From: Corallochytrium limacisporum Hawaii
Taxonomy: Eukaryota > Protista > Pluriformea
DNA: 64,000 bases
Reading direction: 5' to 3'
Assembly: GCA_002811645.1 (NCBI GenBank)
Contig: PDIP01000083.1
Coordinates: 162,834-226,833, forward strand
The notes under the pieces were generated by a model. It worked only from the letters and a program-made list of their open reading frames with translations. It made no database searches and was not told where the DNA came from. The translations under genes were made by a program, and so were the position numbers. Positions 35,800-46,050 of this stretch are shown piece after piece; within the stretch, counting starts at the first letter, position 1, and every line of letters starts with the position of its first letter.

Positions 35800-36780
35800 C
35801 TATTCCTGTTTCACACCAGAGGAAGCAGCGGCAACGCCGTAGGCCACCTTCTGCTTTAAGTTTCGCTCCCCTTCGGAGGGTGCCCTGCTCTGGTCCGTCT
35901 TACGGACCTCGCCGATCTCCTGGAGCACCAGTGTCGCCACCGCTGCCTGGCCAAGACCCATGACAAAGACACCAGCGAAGGGAATGGCCGCCAGGAGCAC
36001 CAGAGGGTATGTGAAGCCGAAGATGACGGCCCAGTGATACCGCATCAGGGTCTGCTGTTCCTTGTAAGTGAGCATGAGATATTGCTTCATGTACGGCTTC
36101 AGAAGCAGCCAGCTCATCTTGCGGGCAAGAACGTACGCCTGTAGAGCTGGCACGAGGAACGGGCCAACGAATGGCAGCCATCCAATTATGCCAATGACCG
36201 TATACTGAGCGTAAAAGTGCAGGTATTTGCGGATCTTGTCCCACTGCTTAACCGCAAAGTTGGTTTTGTGCTCCGTGTTGCGCTTCATGCGCTCGACCAT
36301 GTCCTTGCCAACTTCTTCGTCAAGATCTAGCATTTGGGCATTGAACACATTTGAAAAGAGGTGCGGTTGGCTCTGACCCACCCAATTGATACTCAAGCTC
36401 GGCACCAGGAGCATGGTTGACACGAAGGAAGCAGGACTGATGAGCAGGGACCCCAGTGTAAGAGGCCAAGCCGCAATCGCCGCACCAATGAACATGGAGT
36501 AGGCCTTGAACACGGCCTGGGCATTCTCCAAGAAATAGTCCTTCAGGGGACCACGAAGTTCCTTGTTGAAGATACCGCGCAGGCAGCCGACAAAAAGGAT
36601 CACAAGACCTTTGCACATCAGCACTCCAGCCCGTGCCACCTGCATGACCACGGAACCCTCTTCCTTGACCTGAGCCTGCATCACATCGGCCCGGCGCTCA
36701 CCCCAGGTCTCTTCGAGACCACGGGGTACCAGGAGAGGTAGGTCATCCTTGCGGAGGTAAGACACTTGCTTCTTACTCAT
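35800..36780 (-). CDS. Multi-pass membrane protein, EI24/CysZ-like
   Basis: Several TM segments with LPFVGP and FG....L..IPFAG motifs; likely start MSKKQV (ORF is open up to 37023). Confidence 0.65.
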   Translation of the reverse strand: MSKKQVSYLRKDDLPLLVPRGLEETWGERRADVMQAQVKEEGSVVMQVARAGVLMCKGLVILFVGCLRGIFNKELRGPLKDYFLENAQAVFKAYSMFIGAAIAAWPLTLGSLLISPASFVSTMLLVPSLSINWVGQSQPHLFSNVFNAQMLDLDEEVGKDMVERMKRNTEHKTNFAVKQWDKIRKYLHFYAQYTVIGIIGWLPFVGPFLVPALQAYVLARKMSWLLLKPYMKQYLMLTYKEQQTLMRYHWAVIFGFTYPLVLLAAIPFAGVFVMGLGQAAVATLVLQEIGEVRKTDQSRAPSEGERNLKQKVAYGVAAASSGVKQE

Positions 36781-38995
36781 GATGGGAGTTGTGTGGATGA
36801 TGTGCGAGGGTAGTACTGTTGTCGCACTGGACACTACAGTCTCTACGGGTCGCCGTCGTAGACTATTGATCACACTGTGTGGTATGAACAGATCCTTTTC
36901 CTTTGGGAAACGATACACCGATGGCCGCCTCGTCTGTACCAAGAGACGTACCGTAACGTGCGTACGAACTCCAGTGTTGCACGCAATGCGGGAAGAAGCT
37001 ATCAGAGATTGCAGGATCATCACCTGCGTACCCTAGTCAGCAATACAAGGGCTCCATTCCTTGACGAACCGGTGTGAATATGGAACCTTAAGGAAACAGT
37101 CAGCTCGAGCAAGTTGGAATACCCTGCTGACGCAAGCGCTTCCATTCCTATGCATGTCTCCGACGCACGCACAGTGACTGCATTGCCCCGGCTGACCCGG
37201 GCTTGTGGAAGAATGATTTGGCCTGCGCTCTCCATCTCTGGGTGTCCCCCGCCATCTGCAAAGTTCCAAATTCCACTCGCATAGTGCGCTTCACAGTCCG
37301 TATGCAGAACTCACTGATGCGAACAAGGAAATGGTGAAGATCCGCGCACCCACATTAGAGAACGAGACAAAAGGGTGAACAGTAACTGCCTGTTGCTGGT
37401 TTATTTGTGCGTGTTGCGCCGTGAAAACACAGTGGAAAAGAATCTTCACCAACGATGACGCACGCAACGCACCCAAGGCAGTTCCCCTCCCTGCCTTGCG
37501 GGCCCTTTGGGATCCGACAAAGCAAAAAAGAAAAGAAAAGAGAGGAAACTTCCCCCTGTAATTCTTAGGATTTTGGGGCCAAGTTGAAGTTTGGACTGCG
37601 AGCTCCGCCGGTTCTCCCAAAGTTTTGCTCGACCTCCCCTCCCCCCGCGCGGCGGCGGAAGAGAGGGACTGATGAGCACTAGAAAAGGGGGCCTATTTTA
37701 TCCAGCCATCGGGCCGTTTTAATATACTGGCTTTTTTGTAAATTGCTGTTGGGGGCGGGGCCACACACGCAGAGAGAAAACTAAAGAAAACAGAAAAAAT
37801 TAAAAACCGAACGGGGCTACGGAACCTGAGCTGGCATGGGGGAGGATGGATCTCGCTGGTTGATTGTGGGGGCCTCACACATCACATCCAACCGGGTCGT
37901 GTGTGTGTGTGTGTGTGCGTCTGTATGTGTATTCCCATCATGATGGATCAGTGCGTGTACGGTAGTCTGCATCATCGGGAGCATGTTGGTGTGTAGTGGG
38001 AGTCGGATACGAACAAAATAGACCGCTTTGGCGGGGGATCACCAGACGTTGCAGTCAGATCGGGACGGGCGATCTCGCTCGGGCTAACGACCCTGTTGGG
38101 CATGGTACTATTGATCACACACACATAGAGAACTAATGCAAAGAGTGATTTATGAAAAAGGTGATTGAACGATCAAGATGGACAGCTAGCGATCGGGGGC
38201 ATGCTGATCCAATGATGGGAGGGGCAGCAGCACCTGGGTACCTTACCGTAGGGTGGCCAGGCTGGCGAAGCGCGCTCAGTAATAGGCACGGTGGTGGAGA
38301 CGATAGGGGGAGAGATCGACTCGTGGTTGGCCCTGTCTGTGTGCAACAACGTCATTCCGTACTCGCGGTACCTTCTTGCCAGTTCAAAAATTTCGGTGAC
38401 GGAGGACAGTGGGAGCCAAAATATCGGCCACTCTCCCCTTCCCTTTCGCGGGGCCGGGCGCTTCAAGAGTAAGGCCTACTGCATTTGGCAGGTGCTAATT
38501 CAACCTCCCCGAGGAAATATTAGAAACAAAGGCCAAACATACCAACCGGGCCGTTTTGGTGTTTGAATGAGGGCACGGGCACAGTAGTAGTCGGGGTACT
38601 AGTGCTGGTAGTGGTATTACCGTTATCGCGCCCGTTTGGTATCGGAATCTGTGCGGTGAGACGCGTTCCACGATATACGCTTAGCTGTTCGTACCGTACG
38701 CAATACACGGGGTACTTTTGAACCATCCTTGAATCAATAGCAGCACGGTCCCCCCATGTCCGTCGCCAATTTGTGTCTCTCTTCTCCACATTCTTCACGC
38801 ATAGATCTGCGGTGGGACATTGGAGGCATGGTGCGGACATTACCGATAGCCCCTGCGCACCGTGGGTTTCCTGGGCCGGAACAACCAAGCCTCCATTGTC
38901 ATTGTCTGTTCCCCGGGCCCCCCTCCCCCGAAACTAGGCGGTATACAGGAAAAATAACCGAGAATTAACAGATGTTGACCTCAAACACCTCCCCC

Positions 38996-39186
38996 NNNNN
39001 NNNNNNNNNNNNNNNNNNNNNNNNNNNNNNNNNNNNNNNNNNNNNNNNNNNNNNNNNNNNNNNNNNNNNNNNNNNNNNNNNNNNNNNNNNNNNNNNNNNN
39101 NNNNNNNNNNNNNNNNNNNNNNNNNNNNNNNNNNNNNNNNNNNNNNNNNNNNNNNNNNNNNNNNNNNNNNNNNNNNNNNNNNNNNN
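38996..39186. other. Assembly gap (N run)
   Basis: Run of N flanked by poly-C. Confidence 1.
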
Positions 39187-40561
39187 CTTCCCCCCCCGCC
39201 CCTTTTGACTGCCTTCCCAACCAACCAAGCGTCCCTACGCCGTGCAAAACCCCCTCCTGCATGGCTCGGTGCTCTCTCCCCCTTCGCCAGCCTCCCCTCC
39301 GGGGCCTTCTTCCTTCCTAAAACTGCTTAAAACCTAGGGATCTTTGCCTCTCTCTCTCTCTCGCTCTCGCTCTCGCTCTCGCTCTCTAGCTCTGGCCCGA
39401 GAAAGTCAGTGGCAGTGCCCTCCCCCTTTTTTCCAAACCCTCTGAAGAATTTTTCTTCAAGGGAGGGGGGGGAGGCCAGAAAAGAAGAATAATCAAAACC
39501 AATCCTTTCTACTACGCAACAATGGGAAAAAAAAAGGAAAAATGCCGGTGAGAGTGGGAGAAACGAGAGCCGGGCCAACAAGAAAAAGAAGGAGGGGGGA
39601 GGGGGAGCTCCAGAGTCCCCCAAAGTCAGAACCAATCCCCGATCTTTGTCTTTGTTGTGCAAACTTTCATCAATTTTTTTACAGTGTGTCCAATGGCCCC
39701 GAAAACGGCGTGTGTGTAGTAGTAGTAGTCCTTCATTGGACGCGTACTACCACTACTACTACTCCCGGGTCTCCCTCCCCACTCATTGATTCTTCTGTCT
39801 TTAATTCTTTTCTTAAAGTTGGCTTGGCTGGCCCTTTCTCGCCCCCCCTCCCTTGTCCCCCACCTCGCCAGCCGCCCAAGGAGGAAAACCCGAAGAAAAG
39901 AAGAATGAAATACCGGAGAGGGGGGGAGCGGGGAGAAATTGTTTTGCTTTTGTTTTTTGCCATTGCGTCCGTTTATTTACTTTTTTTTGCATTTTCATTC
40001 GAGGGAGAGCGCATAAGCAAAAAAAGCAAAAAGAGAAAATTGGTTGGGTTTTGCTTGTGTGCCGGGTGTTTCGTTGGTTCTCATCCACTTTATTGATATG
40101 TTCTTAAATATTTTGAAGAAGAAGAAGAAAAACCACCGAACAAAACCCTCCCTCCCCCCCTCCGGGCCGGGCACCGGGCGTGGTTTTTTTTTTCTTTTTC
40201 GTGGCCGTTGGGTGCTGTGCATCCTCGGGGCTTGGAACGGTTGAGTTTGGAATGGAATGGAATGGAATGATCTGGTGGATACGGAACGGGATGCGGGTTG
40301 TGGGCGCTTCGGGGAGGCTGTAGGAGTGAGTAGAGGGTGGTGGCATCAGCGCTACGTCGCTTGACGTGCGCACGAAGAATGAAAGCTTGGGAAAATATGA
40401 GGTTGTCCACGGCAGGTATTTAAGCAGATCAACCTAAGACCTGCTGTGGACACGCTGTCAACGGCTTCCAACGACAAAGGGATCAGGTTCTGGACAAGGC
40501 ACGTTGGCCAGAACATCTACACAAGCAAGCAGGTAAACAAAGAACAAAACAAGAACAAAGA

Positions 40562-42079
40562 ATGTCGGGATACCCACCGCCCGCTGGTGGCTACGGAGGC
40601 TATCCGCCGCCTGGCCAACCACCCTACGGCGCACCGCCGGGACCCCCCGGTGCTCCTGGCTACCCTCCACCAGCTGGTGGTCATCCGCCCTATGGCGCTC
40701 CTCCACCTGGTGGCCAGCCTCCGTATGGCGGCGCACCTCCGCCCGCCGGCTTCCACCCACCACCCCACGGACAGCCTGGCGCTCCAGGCTACCCGCCCCC
40801 TCAGCCCGGTTATGGCCAACCTCCGCCGCCTGGTGGCCCGCCGCCGCACGGTGCCCCGTACGCCGGCTACCCTCCGCAACAGGCTCAGGCCTACCCGGGA
40901 GCCCCGCCGCAGGGTGGAGGCGCCTATCCAGGCGCTCCCCCGCAGGGCGGAGCAGCCGTCTACGCCGCGTCTCCGTACGGTCAGCAGCCACCGACGGGGT
41001 ACGCACCGAACCCTTACGCTGCCGCGGGCGTCGGTGCCGCGGCAGGAGCTCACTATGCTCAAAATGCTCAGGCCGGTGCCCCACCTCCGCAAGGTTACGG
41101 CTCGGCCATGAGCGTGCACACTCTGGAGAACCCGGGACGACCATCGATCAAGGCAGGACGTGGCGAGCCGGTCCGGGATGCTGAAATCCTGCGTAAGGCA
41201 ATGAAAGGCTTCGGTACGGACGAGAAGGCATTGATCAGTGTGCTGGGCGCGCGGACGTTGAAGGAAAAGTTCGAGATTGGACGTGCCTTCAAGACAGCGT
41301 ACGGCAAGGACCTGGTTAAGGACCTTGATTCCGAGACCTCTGGCGATTTCGGTATGTTAGTGGAGCACCAGATCAAGACTCCAGCCATGTGGGACGCATG
41401 GAACATCCGCAAGGCCTGCAAAGGAGCGGGTACCAACGAGACGCTGTTGATTATGATCTTGGCCAGCCGCACCAACGAAGAGATTCACGAAATCCGCCAG
41501 GCCTTCAAGCGCGAGTACCATGTGGAGCTGGATAATGTGCTAAAGAGCGAGACCTCGGGGCACTTCGAACGCCTCTTGGTGTCCCTGGCCCAGGGCAACC
41601 GCCAGAAGTCTGGTCCAGTGGATGCCAACATGGCCCGCGAAGATGCCAGCCGCCTCAAGGCCGCTGGTATTGACAAGCTTGGCACGGACGAGAGCCAATT
41701 CAATGCCATTCTCTGCACCCGCAGCTTCCCCCAACTGCGGGCGACGTTCGATGAGTACTCAAAGCTGACGGGCAAGGACATTCTGCAGTCCCTCCACTCA
41801 GAAATGAGCGGTGATCTGTACTCGGGTATGAAGGCCGTAGTGTGCATTGCGCGTGACCCTCCAACCTACTTTGCCGAGCGGGCTTACAAGGCAATGAAGG
41901 GCATGGGCACACAGGAGCAGATTCTGAACTACGTTGTCGTGGCCAGGGCTGAGAAGGATATGGAGGACATCAAGGAGGCCTACATGAAGCAGTACAAGAA
42001 GAGTCTGGTCAGTGCGATTGAATCCGACACCAGTGGTGACTACAAGCGCATGCTGGTCGCAATGGTCAATGGTAACTAA
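40562..42079 (+). CDS. Annexin with long Gly/Tyr/Pro-rich N-terminus (ANXA7/ANXA11-like)
   Basis: MSGYPPP GYP-rich head; four annexin repeats (MKGFGTDE, CKGAGTNE, KLGTDE, MKGMGTQE; SETSG/SDTSGDY). Confidence 0.95.
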   Translation: MSGYPPPAGGYGGYPPPGQPPYGAPPGPPGAPGYPPPAGGHPPYGAPPPGGQPPYGGAPPPAGFHPPPHGQPGAPGYPPPQPGYGQPPPPGGPPPHGAPYAGYPPQQAQAYPGAPPQGGGAYPGAPPQGGAAVYAASPYGQQPPTGYAPNPYAAAGVGAAAGAHYAQNAQAGAPPPQGYGSAMSVHTLENPGRPSIKAGRGEPVRDAEILRKAMKGFGTDEKALISVLGARTLKEKFEIGRAFKTAYGKDLVKDLDSETSGDFGMLVEHQIKTPAMWDAWNIRKACKGAGTNETLLIMILASRTNEEIHEIRQAFKREYHVELDNVLKSETSGHFERLLVSLAQGNRQKSGPVDANMAREDASRLKAAGIDKLGTDESQFNAILCTRSFPQLRATFDEYSKLTGKDILQSLHSEMSGDLYSGMKAVVCIARDPPTYFAERAYKAMKGMGTQEQILNYVVVARAEKDMEDIKEAYMKQYKKSLVSAIESDTSGDYKRMLVAMVNGN

Positions 42080-42268
42080 AAAAAACAAAACAGGTGACGG
42101 GCAATGATCTTGAAGGCCCTTCTGCCCTGCTCATCTCACTCAATCCACTGCCTTCAGCCTATACTTGTTCGAAAATCAAAAATCAAAGACCCTATCACTA
42201 GCTCATCACGTTGCTACCGAAAACAAAATAAACCCTATTTCTTGCTATGGATAATTTGCATGCGTTGT

Positions 42269-43783
42269 CTATAATCGCTCCTTGTTGATGGCCAGCAACA
42301 ACTGCCCCATGGTCACGCCGCTCTGCCGCGATACTGACAGCATTTTGGCCAGTCCACGACTATATATCAGTGCATCCGATCCTTCAACACTCTGTTCCTG
42401 ATTGCCGGCACTGCTTCTGTTGCCGTGGAAGATGCCGATGCCGGATGCCGATACCGATGCCGAGATCTCGGCACGGTGCAGGAGCAGCGCCAGGCGCCTG
42501 TTTGCCCAATCTGCGGGACCCAGGAACGGGCGCTCGGTTGTATCTGTCTGACTGGTCCGATCCAACTGTTGCATCTTTGCGTGCATAGAAGTCATGACCA
42601 GTCGACGCAACCACAGACAGACAAGAAGTTCGCAGAACCCTTCTTCAACGTCCAGGGGCACGGATTGATACCGATGTCCGCCCGAATCCACGCCGACCAA
42701 CGCACGGAAGGCCGCGTGGCCAAGTTCATGGGCCAACGTCATGGCTGCGACATTTGATGGTAGACCTTCAAGCACGTAGATTGCAATGGTTGTGCCCGGC
42801 TGATTATATGACAGGTGACGATCTTCGGTCGGATCAGTTGAGCCAGACTGCTGAATCAACTGGTCACCACCTTTGCGGCTGCTCAGTCGGTCGAGGAACT
42901 CTTGTAACTTCTCACGCGTGCGGTTTCCAAATTGTCCGGATGAATAAGGCCGTCCCAGTGCCACTGTAAGTCCAAGTGGAGGTGGTTGTCTAGTTTTGGC
43001 CAGCTGCGGTGGCCCCTCAATCTCCTCGCCATCGTCGACTCCGTGCGATCCCAGTGTACGTCCCAGTTCTCGCATTTTCTCAGTGTCACCCAGACCAATC
43101 TTAACCCGTACCGGTCCGTTAGGGTCGATTAAATGGAGCAGGTGCAGATCTCTACTCTCGGCTACCGAACCAAAGTCCAGTGCAACGCGGTAGGCAAGAC
43201 GAAACGCTTCGTCGTCCGTCCGTAGGGGTGGGAATGTTCGATCGCACTGAACGCAGCAGCCGAGGTGCGGTGATCCGCCTATTGTTCGGTGCAAGCCCTC
43301 TGTCCAGCGGTCACAGCAGAGTCGGTCACAGCTTACGCAGCTTGCGTGGCTTTCCACGTGGCTGAGACAGTATGCCATCGACTGATCATCGCCGATCGGA
43401 AGAGACAGACTGTACGCTATCTGTTGATCGGGGTCCGGTTCAGTGATCAATGCCCGTTTTGGTCGGTATACTCCGTACTCAACGTCAGGTACGTATGCAC
43501 CGCAGACGTTGCATTGTGGATTGCCCAGGAAACACAGAAGTCCGACCAGTGACCTCTGGGCCTGTTCGACGATTGTGAGGAGAGGATTGGTGCTGCCTCT
43601 TGTACGCTGGTGGTGCTCCTGCTGCTGATATTGCGGCGTGTACGATTTGAGATACCTTCCTACAAATCTGCCACCGGACACGTTATCACTCTCCGTGTAC
43701 AATACATACGTGCGGTAGCTAGCGTGGGTTGCCAAGCCGAAACCCAGTAACCGGCCAAAGACCGCGCCCCCGCCGAGATTCAT
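42269..43783 (-). CDS. DA1-like zinc metallopeptidase with LIM-like Cys/His module
   Basis: CNVC..YCLSH..CVSCDR..CVQC, then IYVLEGLP..TLAHELGHA..VEEGFCELL..LWL; first ATG at 43783. Confidence 0.78.
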   Translation of the reverse strand: MNLGGGAVFGRLLGFGLATHASYRTYVLYTESDNVSGGRFVGRYLKSYTPQYQQQEHHQRTRGSTNPLLTIVEQAQRSLVGLLCFLGNPQCNVCGAYVPDVEYGVYRPKRALITEPDPDQQIAYSLSLPIGDDQSMAYCLSHVESHASCVSCDRLCCDRWTEGLHRTIGGSPHLGCCVQCDRTFPPLRTDDEAFRLAYRVALDFGSVAESRDLHLLHLIDPNGPVRVKIGLGDTEKMRELGRTLGSHGVDDGEEIEGPPQLAKTRQPPPLGLTVALGRPYSSGQFGNRTREKLQEFLDRLSSRKGGDQLIQQSGSTDPTEDRHLSYNQPGTTIAIYVLEGLPSNVAAMTLAHELGHAAFRALVGVDSGGHRYQSVPLDVEEGFCELLVCLWLRRLVMTSMHAKMQQLDRTSQTDTTERPFLGPADWANRRLALLLHRAEISASVSASGIGIFHGNRSSAGNQEQSVEGSDALIYSRGLAKMLSVSRQSGVTMGQLLLAINKERL

Positions 43784-44348
43784 GTCATTCCCGGGGCCAA
43801 CTTCTACCAATACGGTCGTTTCCTTGATACGACCACGACTGGCCTTACATTATCCTGGTCTCTTATTCATTGGAGCCCCTCTGCGTCACTGACGCCAACA
43901 GAGCAGATCGCTGAATATACACACCGTCGGCTCTTTGTGTCACCCAAGGGTTACACACCCTCCTAAAGTACCCTCAGCGGACACCCGACCCCTGGCTTGA
44001 AGGGGAAGGCGGGCAGTTGTGTGGTCGTGGGACGGGACGGCTATGTCTGCCTTCGCCGCGTTTGGACGGTCGGTGGGGCGGAATGCCGCGGAGGCCGCAG
44101 GTATCTAACCGGCATGACCACGTCTCGACGCTACATGCATTACAATGTAGCACTGTGATATAAGCTGGGTGGTCACACTGTGAAGAATAAAAAATGTAGG
44201 GAGATGGTCGCAGAAGCAATAATTTGATATGGCCCAACAAGAGGAAGACGTTTTGGCAGGTCTTTCCGTAGTTCTATTGAGTAGGTACCAAAGAACAATA
44301 GCAAGGTGATCAATACACTCAGTGCCGCAAAACTTTGTACAGGAAACA

Positions 44349-45944
44349 ATGAATACTTACCGGGCTTCTCGTCTACTCTTCCCCTACTTACACATAACAG
44401 CCGAACTGACTTCAAAAGCGCAGCTACAAATCTTCGAGCCAGGATTGACGAAGTTGGGTGCGAAGGTTGCAGTAAATGAATTGCCGCCGAAGACAACACA
44501 CATCGTCGCACCAACGGGCACCGATTTGGGCCAGCTGGCCACGGCTCTGAAGAATCTCAAACGGTCGACCTCGCAACACAGTCCGTTGAAGAAGGCAAAA
44601 GGGAAATCAGGCTCGAAGGTCCACCTAAGCCATGCACAAGGGGCACTCTGTGTTTCCCATGAATGGGTCTCAGCCTGCTTAAAGGACAAATCTCACGCCT
44701 CTGAGGAGCCTTACAAACTAAAATCTGCTGGCGGTGGTGGATCTAAGGGCTCGTCATTAACCAAACGTCGCAAGCGGAAAAAATCAGGCGGTGATGACGA
44801 TGGTAAAGAAGGTAGCAGCGCCGGTACCGGTGGACCCAGCGTGCGGGAGAAGGCTGAGGCCATTCCGAAGTATGAATGCCAACGAATCATGACCCTGGCT
44901 ATGGAAGGCACCTATCCAGGCTTTGTTAAGGAAATGCAGATCCTAGAGTCGCACTTCCGAGCCAAAGGTGATCCCATGCGCGCGAGGACGTACATGAAGG
45001 CCGCGTCGTTGTTTCGCTACGTCGACTTCGAGATATCTGGCGCCTCGGAAGCGAAATATTTGCCGGGAGTAAGTTCATCGTTGGCCGCCAAATTTGAAGA
45101 ATGGCAGGTTACGGGCCGGGTCAGTGAAGCGCAGGCAGCTGAGCAGAACGAAGAGAGCCAGACTGTGCAACATTTCACCAAGGTTCTGTGGGCCGGTCCT
45201 GCTGTGGCCAAGAAGTGGTACTATGAACGTAACTGTCGGACTCTAGACGATGTGCTCGAGCGCGGAGATCCTACAGATATCCAGCGTTACGGCATTCAGC
45301 ACTTTGAGGATCTCACGGAAGCTCTGCCACGAAGGGAAGGCGTTGCGTTTGAACGCGCGATCGGTCGGGAACTGGCGGCGATAGACCCAAAGGCCGTGCT
45401 CTTACTCTGTGGTGGGTTCCGACGTGGTAAGCAAACCGGGCATGACGTCGACATCCTCATGACCCATCCCGACAGGGACGGTGAGGTTGGGTTACTGCCC
45501 AAGCTGCTCACACGATTGGAGGAAAAGGGTATGATTGTAAAGACTCTGTCGAAGCACGTCAACGATGGTCCAGCCAAGATCACTGGGCCTGACCTCAGCG
45601 GATCGTCCGGTGCGTTCTCCGAACCGTACGATAAATGGCTCGGTATTGCCACGTTACCTGAGTCCCTGGACGCGCAAGGCGGTGGAAACAACGGCAAGGT
45701 CAGGCGCGTGGATCTACTAATGATACCGCGCTACGTGTGGGCCTACGCTGTGCTGGGGTGGACCGGGTCTAGTCTCTTCGAGCGTGCGATCAAAGACTAC
45801 GCCGCCAAGGAAAAGAGCTACCGCCTTGCATCCACAGGTATGGCGCACAGGGACACGGGCAAGCTGATCGAGGCCAACAGTGAGCAGGACATTTTCAAAG
45901 CGCTCGGATTGGAGTACATTGAACCGTTTGAGCGGAATTGTTAA
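44349..45944 (+). CDS. Family X DNA polymerase, Pol mu/TdT-like, with N-terminal BRCT
   Basis: THIV..WVSACL (BRCT), YECQR, GGFRRGK..GHDVDIL.THP, RRVDLL, LGWTGS..FER, LGLEYIEPFERN. Confidence 0.92.
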   Translation: MNTYRASRLLFPYLHITAELTSKAQLQIFEPGLTKLGAKVAVNELPPKTTHIVAPTGTDLGQLATALKNLKRSTSQHSPLKKAKGKSGSKVHLSHAQGALCVSHEWVSACLKDKSHASEEPYKLKSAGGGGSKGSSLTKRRKRKKSGGDDDGKEGSSAGTGGPSVREKAEAIPKYECQRIMTLAMEGTYPGFVKEMQILESHFRAKGDPMRARTYMKAASLFRYVDFEISGASEAKYLPGVSSSLAAKFEEWQVTGRVSEAQAAEQNEESQTVQHFTKVLWAGPAVAKKWYYERNCRTLDDVLERGDPTDIQRYGIQHFEDLTEALPRREGVAFERAIGRELAAIDPKAVLLLCGGFRRGKQTGHDVDILMTHPDRDGEVGLLPKLLTRLEEKGMIVKTLSKHVNDGPAKITGPDLSGSSGAFSEPYDKWLGIATLPESLDAQGGGNNGKVRRVDLLMIPRYVWAYAVLGWTGSSLFERAIKDYAAKEKSYRLASTGMAHRDTGKLIEANSEQDIFKALGLEYIEPFERNC

Positions 45945-46050
45945 ACTACGGATAGAACTAGCTTCTTTTTCTTTTAGTCTATTTGTGCATGCGTGCGCGC
46001 TTGGGTGTCATCTGCACTGTGAGTCCTGTGAATGTCTCTAGAAAATTTTG

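Noticed and set aside
36781-37023. N-terminal extensions in the ORF track (EI24-like, CENP-V, RPA1, ChAPs)
   Set aside because: Mostly begin at GTG/TTG or run through leader-like sequence with no family similarity; downstream ATGs fit better
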